IMG/VR virus record: IMGVR_UViG_3300037483_001170
Span: 42,781 to 106,780 of that record
Strand: one strand, 5' to 3'
DNA: 64,000 bases
From: a virus
Below the pieces are notes generated by a model, which worked only from the letters and a program-made list of their open reading frames with translations, did not search any database and had not been told where the DNA came from. The translations under genes were made by a program, and so were the position numbers. Shown here piece by piece: positions 55,149 to 63,390 of this stretch; within the stretch, counting starts at the first letter, position 1, and every line of letters begins with the position of its first letter.

Positions 55149-56047
55149 AGGTCCTTTGGCATCAGTCGGCGCGCCATCGCCGAGTCCCACAGGTCGCACT
55201 TCCACACCGCCATGCGCGTGCGGTCGTAGCGGTTATTCCCGTCGCCAGGCTCGTCCTGCCATCGACCGAACGGCGTCTTGCCCAGTCGGCGGATGAGACC
55301 ACGAGCGAAGACCTCCGGAGAGAGCGTGAGGCTCAAGCCTTCGAGCGCCTTCGCAGCCGGTGTCGGCGCGTTCACGCTGAAGGAGTGGTACACGGCCATC
55401 GCCAGGTCGACCTCAGGCGGCAGCGCCGATGACGCGAGTCCAATCGGCGAGTCGAGCGTCGGCTGTCCCGTGAACTTCTGATACACCGGAAGCTCGACGC
55501 TCGACTTGCCTCGCGCGAGCCACTCGGCCGCGAACACCGTCTGCGCACGATGCGCTTCGGGCCCAGACGCGAAGAGGTCTGAGAGCGCCGTCGCCCACGC
55601 GAGCGCCTTGTCGTAGTTCGATCCGGACTTCGGTACGACGCCGTTCAGAGGCGAGACCACGTCGCGGATCGCGCGGCCGCCGACCTTCAGGCCGCTGGCC
55701 GTACGCAGCACACCGTCCGGCGTGATCGACCAGCCAGCGCCAGCCAGTAGGTCCAGCATCACGTCGCGTGCTGGCCGAGCCGTCGCATCGAGCACGCGGC
55801 GGATCAGCTTCCACAGATCGCCCTGCTCCATCGTCTTCGGCAGCACCGCGACGTTGTGCAGGAGGCCACCAGAGATGCCAGCCCCGTCGTAACCCTGCAC
55901 CGATCCGTACTTCGGCGCTTCCAGCTGCGCGGTCAGCCAGACGACGCGGTCCATGTGCATCGCACGGTTGAAGCACGTCACGGGCTCGTCGCCGGTGATC
56001 GCGATGCCCGAGTAGTCGTGGAACTGGAACCAGCGGGTTTTCGGCAT
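55145..56047 (-). CDS. putative lysozyme-fold endolysin
   Basis: TAQLE...YGSVQGYDGAGISGGLLH resembles the E..x..YD...S.G..Q pattern of phage muramidases. Confidence 0.55.
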   Translation of the reverse strand: MPKTRWFQFHDYSGIAITGDEPVTCFNRAMHMDRVVWLTAQLEAPKYGSVQGYDGAGISGGLLHNVAVLPKTMEQGDLWKLIRRVLDATARPARDVMLDLLAGAGWSITPDGVLRTASGLKVGGRAIRDVVSPLNGVVPKSGSNYDKALAWATALSDLFASGPEAHRAQTVFAAEWLARGKSSVELPVYQKFTGQPTLDSPIGLASSALPPEVDLAMAVYHSFSVNAPTPAAKALEGLSLTLSPEVFARGLIRRLGKTPFGRWQDEPGDGNNRYDRTRMAVWKCDLWDSAMARRLMPKDL

Positions 56048-56105
56048 GGTGTGTCGCAAGCTACAGGAGTCGCACGGCCACGTCTAGCCTGATACTCTCG
56101 GGTCC

Positions 56106-56651
56106 ATGAGCAGAGTCCTCATCGTCGGCGATAGCCAGAGCGGCGCGCCCGGCTCCGTGGCGCAGCGTAAGCTCCAGACCCTCGGTCACATCGTGCAAAA
56201 AGTCGAGAACGACGGCCGCGGGCCGTACGACTACGTGCGAATGCCCGACCTCTGGGCCCAGTACACGGGGGCCATCGCGGCGTTCCACCCCGACATCATC
56301 TTGCTCATCTTCGGCCACAACGACGCGCCGAACCAGAACCTCCGCGACGCGCTCGTGCGCATGAAGCAGAACGTGCGACCGAAGGTCGTGCTCAGCGGCC
56401 CGCCACAGTATGCAGACCCGACGGCGCAGGCTCACGGCGCGCAAGTGAAGGCGATCTACTCCAGCGTCTTCGGAAGCGACTTCCTCGACGCGTACCCGTT
56501 CACCAGCACAACGCTCCCGCACGCGGCGCCTACGGCGGCCTTCCCGATCAACCCGCACTTCACGCTGGCCGGAGCGGAGCCATGGGGCACGGCCATGGCA
56601 GACGAGGTGCACCGGAGACTTTCCAACCCTCTTCGTTCTGGCCGCGCATAA
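56106..56651 (+). CDS. SGNH/GDSL hydrolase
   Basis: VLIVGDS block I, FGHND block III, PHF catalytic His. Confidence 0.75.
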   Translation: MSRVLIVGDSQSGAPGSVAQRKLQTLGHIVQKVENDGRGPYDYVRMPDLWAQYTGAIAAFHPDIILLIFGHNDAPNQNLRDALVRMKQNVRPKVVLSGPPQYADPTAQAHGAQVKAIYSSVFGSDFLDAYPFTSTTLPHAAPTAAFPINPHFTLAGAEPWGTAMADEVHRRLSNPLRSGRA

Positions 56652-56771
56652 CCCCCTCGGCTGGGTTGGCGTGGCCATCGCGGGTGTAGCCGGAGTAGCG
56701 CTTCTCGGCGGAGCGACATGGTGGGCGGTCAGACAGCGACCGCAGAAGAATAGAAAACGGAGACGGCTGCG

Positions 56772-57233
56772 GTGAACTTCAACTTCGACTGGGTGGTGCC
56801 CAACCGCCTCGCTCAGGGAGCCTTTCCTGGCAAGACCATCGCGGTCTTCAACGACTGGGACGTCGTCGTGTACTGCGCCGAGGAGCTTCAGCCGAAGTTC
56901 AGTGTCATGCCGAACGGCAAGCACGTCTATTACTGCCCGATGGATGATGACATCTACCGGCCGGTCCCACAACGCGATGTGCAGAAGCTGTGGCCGCTCG
57001 CCGGCAAGGTCGCCGATCACGCTCGGCGCGGACATCGATGCCTCGTCACGTGCGCGATGGGCGCGAACCGCAGCGGCTTGCTGATGGGCCTGACGCTGAT
57101 GCGCCTGAATGGAATGAGCGGATCTGCCGCCGTCGACCTGATCAAAGCTCGACGCAGGAGCGGGGACCAGGAAGCGCTCTCGAACCCGATGTTCGAACAG
57201 TTTCTGCGCGCGTCCCTCGTCCACCGTCGATGA
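56772..57233 (+). CDS. dual-specificity / tyrosine phosphatase family protein
   Basis: LVTCAMGANRSG Cx5R; MDDD loop; N..F motif. Confidence 0.85.
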   Translation: MNFNFDWVVPNRLAQGAFPGKTIAVFNDWDVVVYCAEELQPKFSVMPNGKHVYYCPMDDDIYRPVPQRDVQKLWPLAGKVADHARRGHRCLVTCAMGANRSGLLMGLTLMRLNGMSGSAAVDLIKARRRSGDQEALSNPMFEQFLRASLVHRR

Positions 57234-57682
57234 TCGGCCGCGCGCACGACGAGGACGAAGACTTCGTCGATGACGAAGTGTCGGCGCACGCCAAAATCAG
57301 CGTGCCGAAAACAGCGCGCGGCGTCTCGGCCAAGCCGTTCATGGCTTCATGGAAGCTGATGCGCGAGCAGCTTTTCATGGAGCAGCGCGTGCCGTACACG
57401 AAGCTGCCGAAGTACGTCGAGAAGTACCTTCGGCTTCTTTTTGACACGACCGAGGGCGCGGCGCTGAGGGCGATGAAGATCGGTGACGTGCCCTTCTTTA
57501 TCGGCTGGATGTTCAGGCTCGACGCGATCGATGTCGCCATGATCGACGGCGGCTTCCAGCTCGCCGACCGCGCGGCCCTCATCCGCTTCCGAGCAGCAGT
57601 CGACGGCTACCGGGAGGTGGCCGAGAAGCGACTGCGAAAACTCGGGGGACGGTGGCCGCCGGTCGCGAAGAACGAGCGTTAG
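57230..57682 (+). CDS. hypothetical protein
   Basis: ATGA coupling. Confidence 0.55.
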   Translation: MIGRAHDEDEDFVDDEVSAHAKISVPKTARGVSAKPFMASWKLMREQLFMEQRVPYTKLPKYVEKYLRLLFDTTEGAALRAMKIGDVPFFIGWMFRLDAIDVAMIDGGFQLADRAALIRFRAAVDGYREVAEKRLRKLGGRWPPVAKNER

Positions 57683-58509
57683 CTGGACCGCGGCTGCCTT
57701 ACGGCGGCCTCGCGCTCCAGAGTCTCAAGGCTCTCGTGACGGCGTTCCCACTCCGCGTGCGCCAGGTCTGCAATCTCGGAGACCTGGTCCATGTCGAGCG
57801 CGCCGACGATCTGCTCCCAGTACGCACGGATGCTAGAGGGGACCGTAGGCTCCGCCGCGTTGACCTCGCCCACGGGGACCGCGGGCGAGGTCGTGTAGGT
57901 CACGCTCGATGTCCATGGAGCAGGATGCGAGGAGTACGAGCCTGGGTAGGCCGGGCCCATGGGGCCCAGTCCCACCATACCCGCGCGCCGCGCCTCACAC
58001 GCGCACATGGACGGCGCGGGCGGCGGCGCCGAGCGCGCTGCGACCAGACCGGCCAAGGCCATCGTGAACGCCGGCATGTGCTCTTCCAGAGCCGGCAAGA
58101 GCCGATCGGCGAGCGTCTCAGGCCGCGCGTAGAAGTGCGCGCGCAGTGCGCGCAGCACGTGATCGCGAGCATCGTCGATCTTGACGGCGTCGCCGGCCTC
58201 GCTGCCCTCCGCGATGCCTTCGAGAGCCTCCAGGCAGGTGACCAGCGCTCTCATCTGGCGAGACCCGATCGCCTGCTCACGTTTGTAGGCACGCGCTTCG
58301 GCGGCGGCCATCGCAGCGTCCGCGGCCTCTGCCGCCTCGTCCGCCGCCTGCTGCTCCGCCTTCGCCTCAGCGCGAGCGTGTGCCTCGCGCTCCACCAGAA
58401 GGCGCTGGTTGTCGCGCTGCATCTCCAGCAGCAGACGCTGATGCTCTAGCTCCAGTCGGCGGATCGCTTCCGGCGTCTCGACCACGGGGCCCGTCTCGTT
58501 CGTGTTCAT
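57679..58509 (-). CDS. coiled-coil hypothetical protein
   Basis: GGAG SD; 276 aa. Confidence 0.6.
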   Translation of the reverse strand: MNTNETGPVVETPEAIRRLELEHQRLLLEMQRDNQRLLVEREAHARAEAKAEQQAADEAAEAADAAMAAAEARAYKREQAIGSRQMRALVTCLEALEGIAEGSEAGDAVKIDDARDHVLRALRAHFYARPETLADRLLPALEEHMPAFTMALAGLVAARSAPPPAPSMCACEARRAGMVGLGPMGPAYPGSYSSHPAPWTSSVTYTTSPAVPVGEVNAAEPTVPSSIRAYWEQIVGALDMDQVSEIADLAHAEWERRHESLETLEREAAVRQPRSS

Positions 58510-58518
58510 CCGCTTCTC

Positions 58519-58929
58519 CTACTTTTTCTGGCCATGCATGACGTCGAGGATGTCGCGCTTCAGCGCCTGCCGACGAACGCCGTCGTCGACGTACCGCGTG
58601 ATCTCGGGCCACGTGATCAGCACGCGCGTCGGCTTCTGGCATCCGCCGCAGCGCACGTTGTAGTAGACGCCGCTTGTCGTGGGCTGCGTGCCCGGAAGCG
58701 GCTGGCCGAGCACGAAGCACGCGACCTCGCCCCACAGGATGATGTGCTTGACCTGCGCCGAGCAGTACGGGCAGTTGCTGACGAGCAGAGCCCCGTTCTT
58801 GACGACGTGCTCGCTCATCTTCTCGTCGTCCGGGAAGAGGTGCTGGCTGCCCTCGATCGAGACGACGGAGTCGAGAACGATGCCCTTGTCCTCGGTCCAG
58901 GTGTTCCGCGGGTTCCCGTTGTTGCTCAT
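58519..58929 (-). CDS. Zn-ribbon hypothetical protein
   Basis: CPYC..CGGC; TACCGT 8 nt before the ATG. Confidence 0.65.
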   Translation of the reverse strand: MSNNGNPRNTWTEDKGIVLDSVVSIEGSQHLFPDDEKMSEHVVKNGALLVSNCPYCSAQVKHIILWGEVACFVLGQPLPGTQPTTSGVYYNVRCGGCQKPTRVLITWPEITRYVDDGVRRQALKRDILDVMHGQKK

Positions 58930-59015
58930 GACGTCCGACGGTAATGCTTCCGCCGCCCTGAAACAAGTGGGGTCCGACAGGGACGCCCAGCGACACCCGC
59001 GCTACCATTGGGCCC

Positions 59016-59192
59016 ATGAGCTACAGAAAGCCCGCACGCCTCGGCGACTGGTCTAGCGATGCCCAGCGCGCCATGACCGACAACCCGAGCTACTTCGTCT
59101 GGTGGTACAGCGCGAAGAGCCTCGGGCTCGTCGCGGCGATCGGCGTCGCGGCGTACTACGCCGGAAAGGATGCGGGGCGACGGTCAGCTTGA
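59016..59192 (+). CDS. 58-aa membrane protein, MSY family (absent from ORF track)
   Basis: MSYRKPARLGDW..LGLVAAIGVAAYYAGKDAGRRSA; TACCAT 7 nt before the ATG. Confidence 0.65.
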   Translation: MSYRKPARLGDWSSDAQRAMTDNPSYFVWWYSAKSLGLVAAIGVAAYYAGKDAGRRSA

Positions 59193-59702
59193 TGCGGGCG
59201 TCCGACACTTCACGTCGGTCGCGTTGTACGCGGCTTCTTCCAGATGGTTTCCGCGGTACGCGTTCGGCTCCGAGCGAAGCCATGCAGCGAACGAGGCGCC
59301 GATGTACGCGAAGGCACCGCTGAACATCCAGCAGGCGAAGAACGCGACCAGGCCGCCCCAGCTGTGCGTGATGGCCAGCACGAGCAGGCCGAAGAGGAGG
59401 CCGCCGATTGCCGCAGCCATCCCCTGCTCAACGTGGACTTCCTCGTGCTGAAGAACGACGTCGCTCTGACCAGGCGCGAGCATGATCCCGAATCCGAAGC
59501 ACGTGCCACCCCAGTTCCGGTACCAGCCGCCCCACTTCTTCTGCGGGTTCATGGGCCAGCTCGTCGGCGATAGCGTCGTGACAAGCACGCCGTTCGCCCA
59601 CTTCTTCGTGTCGCCCCAGAGCGCGTGAACGATGCGGGCGATGAGCGTGCCGAAGTAGAGCGGCCAGCAGAGAGAACGGAGGACGACGGTCTTCGTGTTC
59701 AT
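59184..59702 (-). CDS. membrane zincin-like protein
   Basis: HEEVH..2 TM..YRGNHLEEAAY. Confidence 0.7.
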   Translation of the reverse strand: MNTKTVVLRSLCWPLYFGTLIARIVHALWGDTKKWANGVLVTTLSPTSWPMNPQKKWGGWYRNWGGTCFGFGIMLAPGQSDVVLQHEEVHVEQGMAAAIGGLLFGLLVLAITHSWGGLVAFFACWMFSGAFAYIGASFAAWLRSEPNAYRGNHLEEAAYNATDVKCRTPASS

Positions 59703-60670
59703 GCTGCCCTCGCACGACGACGACGATTCGGTTGCATGCGACTGCGCATCGCGAAGAACGCGCCGCCACCGGTGAGCACGACTGCGCCGACGCCGATCGC
59801 GGCCCACTCCATCGGTGTCAGACCGAAGCGGACGTCTCGCTCGAACTTCACCGGCTCGTAGCCACCGGGCACGAACTTTCCCGGCTCGACGGGGGACACG
59901 CCGGCGCTGACCAGCGGAGACGCCGGGCTGGCGGCCCAGATGTCACCGCTGGCCTTGCCGGCGTCGGCTGCCTTGCCGGAATCGGCCACCGCGTTCGCCA
60001 CGCCGAGGCCTGCCATCGACGTGCTCGCGGAGATCAGCGGCTGCCAGCTCGCCTGACTCTGGGCGGCCTCGCTGCCGGGCGCGATCGAGACGCCGCCGCG
60101 CGAGGTGAAGACGATGCCCTTGCTGCGAAGCCAGTCGCTCGGGTTGATGTTGTACTGGGCGTCGGCGGCAGACGTGGGGTAGCGCCCGGGGAACGGTGAT
60201 CCGCCGTCCGGTCGCCGCCTGACCTCGACATGGAGGTGCGGCACCATGGGCCCACTCCGATATCCACGCGCACGAGCTTCACGTGCCCACGCCGCAGCAT
60301 CCTGTCCGGGCATCGGAGAGAATTGGCCATTAGAAGAATTTCCCATGCGGCCAACCGTCTGACCCGCGCGTACCATCTGACCCTCCGCAACCGTCGCCTG
60401 ATCGAGGTGCGCGTAGAGCGTGTACGTGTTGTCCGGGTGCCTGATGACGACCGCGGTCCCGTAGCCGGCAAGGCCTGCTGGCGACTCGTTGCGGCCGACC
60501 ATGGCGACAACGCCGTCGTCCATCGCGAAGACCGGCTCCCCGCGACCCCTGGAAGTCGACAAGTCGAGTCCGCCGTGGAAGTGCGCTGCGCCATCGCGCC
60601 GGCTCGGGCGCTCGCCGTAGCGACTCACTACCCTGGCTGTCGACGGATTGATAGGCGGCGAAGCGGACAT
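59699..60670 (-). CDS. M23 family peptidoglycan peptidase with C-terminal TM and Arg tail
   Basis: HGGLD, GYG..V.I.H, YAHL, PHLHVE; MAGLG; TM; MQPNRRRRARAA. Confidence 0.9.
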   Translation of the reverse strand: MSASPPINPSTARVVSRYGERPSRRDGAAHFHGGLDLSTSRGRGEPVFAMDDGVVAMVGRNESPAGLAGYGTAVVIRHPDNTYTLYAHLDQATVAEGQMVRAGQTVGRMGNSSNGQFSPMPGQDAAAWAREARARGYRSGPMVPHLHVEVRRRPDGGSPFPGRYPTSAADAQYNINPSDWLRSKGIVFTSRGGVSIAPGSEAAQSQASWQPLISASTSMAGLGVANAVADSGKAADAGKASGDIWAASPASPLVSAGVSPVEPGKFVPGGYEPVKFERDVRFGLTPMEWAAIGVGAVVLTGGGAFFAMRSRMQPNRRRRARAA

Positions 60671-60717
60671 GCCCGAAGCATACCGTGAGGCACACGTGCG
60701 CCGCCACTGTCCGACAG

Positions 60718-61272
60718 CTACTCCAGTCGGCCAGCCACGAGCGGATCTGCGAGGTCTCGTTCGCCCTTGATCCAGATCCACACGAACGGCTCGCCAGCAA
60801 GAAACGCCGCAAACGCACGGTGGTTTCCGTTTCGCAGACTGAACACGAGCGTTCCCAGATCGCCCTTCGTGAACGCGCGTGTCATGCCCGCATACTTGAA
60901 CAGCTCGCCATCGGCCTGGTAGCTCTTCGTGTCGTCGACAAACGCCTCGTCCACGACGCCGTCCACGCGCGCTGGCGGCGCCTCGAACACGGCACCACCT
61001 TCCTTCATGTACGTTGCGGTCGCAACGAGCTGGGACAGGTCGAACAGGTTGTCGGGAGTCGCCCGCAGCTCGTCGGCCGTCACGCGAACCATCTCGCCTG
61101 CCCTACCGAGCCAGATGACCTTCTTGCCCACGTACACGTCGCCGCTGCCCGGCTTGGGAGCTTCGACGCCACTCTCCAGACGCTTCAGAAGCCGCTGCGT
61201 CTCGCTCGGCTTGTATGGGAACGTCTCTGCTGACGCGGGGAGCAGGTCTGGAGAGAAGAGGGGTCTGCCCAC
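60718..61272 (-). CDS. ParB/Srx-like domain protein
   Basis: LRNGNHRAFAA resembles the ParB-like dGhHR motif. Confidence 0.45.
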   Translation of the reverse strand: MGRPLFSPDLLPASAETFPYKPSETQRLLKRLESGVEAPKPGSGDVYVGKKVIWLGRAGEMVRVTADELRATPDNLFDLSQLVATATYMKEGGAVFEAPPARVDGVVDEAFVDDTKSYQADGELFKYAGMTRAFTKGDLGTLVFSLRNGNHRAFAAFLAGEPFVWIWIKGERDLADPLVAGRLE

Positions 61273-61324
61273 CGCAGGTATTTACCGGAAGACAGCAGCT
61301 GCCGCCACTGTCCGACGGTCGCGC

Positions 61325-62107
61325 CTACTGAGTATCCGAGACCTCTTCGACCTGCGCCTGACGAGCACGAATCCGCGATGGGTACGCAAATCCTGTGTTG
61401 GCAGAGGGGTCGCATTCGATCTCTACGAACCCCATCATGGCCGCGTGCTCGTGGTCCATCGTGCCCCCCCAAGAATCGACCGTTCCGCCGCCGCATCGGG
61501 ACCAGTCGTCAGCGTCCGCTAGCTCGTGCGTTACGATCTCTTCCGTCAGCTCCCACACGAAGGTCAACGCATCGCGCTGTCGCTGGCCGAACGCATGCCC
61601 TCCGGGCGCTGGCCGCATCGAACAGATGCCGTCCTCGCACACAGGAATCAGCCGGGTCCACGACGGCGGCCTCGTGCGGAACGGCGGATACAGCTCGCGA
61701 GCCCACACGTTCACATCACCAGGGCTCGGGGAGAACACGGCTTCCGAATGGCGCAGCGCGAAGCGGACGTACAGCTCAGCGAAGTGCGGGTTCGTGAGCA
61801 CCTCCTCGAAGCGCGACTCTCGGTTCAGGAAGTGCGCGCCGTTGAGGAACACCTCGTGGATCAGCCAGCAGTCCGCGCCGTACTCGATGCCGTGATCGCC
61901 AGTCCGCGCCCAGAACGTGTAACCGTACTCGTCCTCCGCCGGGACGGGAATCGAGGTCTCGTGGACGCACGTGTGAAAGAGGACTGACTGCGGCGTGTGG
62001 CGATCGCGTCCCTGTGCTAGCGCCGATGCCGGCAGAAGCAGGAACGTGACCGTGCAGAGCACGAGAGCGGACAGGAGCAGACCGGTACCCATGGTTCGGT
62101 TTCGCAT
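61325..62107 (-). CDS. secreted hypothetical protein
   Basis: Signal peptide LLLSALVLCTVTFLLLPASALA; several Cys. Confidence 0.6.
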   Translation of the reverse strand: MRNRTMGTGLLLSALVLCTVTFLLLPASALAQGRDRHTPQSVLFHTCVHETSIPVPAEDEYGYTFWARTGDHGIEYGADCWLIHEVFLNGAHFLNRESRFEEVLTNPHFAELYVRFALRHSEAVFSPSPGDVNVWARELYPPFRTRPPSWTRLIPVCEDGICSMRPAPGGHAFGQRQRDALTFVWELTEEIVTHELADADDWSRCGGGTVDSWGGTMDHEHAAMMGFVEIECDPSANTGFAYPSRIRARQAQVEEVSDTQ

Positions 62108-62193
62108 AGCCGGCCGGTGTAGACGACACGCGCTGAACACGCAAGCATCTCGCGAAAAAAGTATGTCGCAAGCTGACGATGGCACGCGGCTTG

Positions 62194-63390
62194 CTAGAGC
62201 AGCTCGCGCCAGTTGATCGAGGCTATCCATGTGTCGAGGGCTATGGACGTCAGGCGGAGGGTGAGATGATCTCGAACTGCTCCGGTAAAGCTGGAGGCAA
62301 GAGTGGCGGCCGGCTCGTCGGCAAATGCTAGCTGCACAGATCCAGCGTCCTGTCCGATGGATCCTGCTGCGATTACGTGACCACCCACGGCGGTGGTCGC
62401 CGCGATGTCCACTTCGATTGCCGAGTTGGCCTGCGGCAGCGCGAACGTAGCACCAGCCAGCGTCGGATTGAGCACCAGCTCGATGCTTCCGCGGGCCGTG
62501 GCCGTGGTGGCGGCAGCGAAGAATCCGGTCGGGAAGATCGTCGCGCGCTCATACCCGGCCTTGAGCCGAATGGATAGTAAGGCGGTTGTAACGCCCGCAC
62601 CGATGACAGCACCTGTAGTCCGCGCAAACGCCCTCTGGATGCCCACCGCTTCCTGTCCGCCCTCGCTCGTCACCGAGCAGCAGATAGCATCCAGCGTGGG
62701 CGAGGCCGGATTTACGCCGGTACCCACGATTTCCCACCGAATCGGATAGTTCGGTGACGAGGTGTAAACGAACGTGCCCACATTCGCTGTGTAGAACTCG
62801 TGGGCGTAGTAGAGAATGTTACCACTCCAAAAACCGCATCGCACTACGCCCATCGCTAGCCACTGAAAATCGATGGCGAGGATCTGGCCTTTGTTCAGAT
62901 CCATCGTAACGCCCGATGGTCCAGTACCGTCGAAGTTGTCGATGTTCCATGCGCCTTGGACTGCGGAGACCGTGCCCGCTCCTGACGACGATCTGACGAA
63001 GAACGCCGGAATATTGGTGGCCGGGAGCGCTAGATAGACACCGTTCGTGTTGTCGAAGATGCCCACACGCTTCTCGCAGTTGGCCTCGGCTCCATGCAGA
63101 TTGAACGTGATGGCGTAGAGCATGCTCTTGCCACTCTGATAGTTGAAATAGCGCTTTGTCTGGCGCGTCGCACGTCCTGCGGCTGTTGTTCCGCAGGTCA
63201 GAATCGTACGGGCGTTGATCTGGTCATAGGTGAATATGGCCCCGGCGCCCACCGCGTCTTCGACGAAGAACAGCGGCACGCCGTTATCGAACACCTGTTT
63301 ATGGTCGAAGATGTTGCGCGGCGAGGACACTCGTTCGCGGCCGAACGCGTCAAACGACGAAGGCGCAAGCAGGCGTCCAACGGTTGTCAT
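62194..63390 (-). CDS. phage virion structural protein (beta-rich)
   Basis: DAFGRERVSSP..FD, RQTKRYF.YQ.GKS, WNID..DGTGPSG, IDFQWL..G.VR.GF, a pattern I recall from phage virion proteins. Confidence 0.75.
   Translation of the reverse strand: MTTVGRLLAPSSFDAFGRERVSSPRNIFDHKQVFDNGVPLFFVEDAVGAGAIFTYDQINARTILTCGTTAAGRATRQTKRYFNYQSGKSMLYAITFNLHGAEANCEKRVGIFDNTNGVYLALPATNIPAFFVRSSSGAGTVSAVQGAWNIDNFDGTGPSGVTMDLNKGQILAIDFQWLAMGVVRCGFWSGNILYYAHEFYTANVGTFVYTSSPNYPIRWEIVGTGVNPASPTLDAICCSVTSEGGQEAVGIQRAFARTTGAVIGAGVTTALLSIRLKAGYERATIFPTGFFAAATTATARGSIELVLNPTLAGATFALPQANSAIEVDIAATTAVGGHVIAAGSIGQDAGSVQLAFADEPAATLASSFTGAVRDHLTLRLTSIALDTWIASINWRELL

Noticed and set aside
56061-57224. 387-aa minus-strand ORF
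   Set aside because: Antisense shadow of the SGNH and phosphatase genes.
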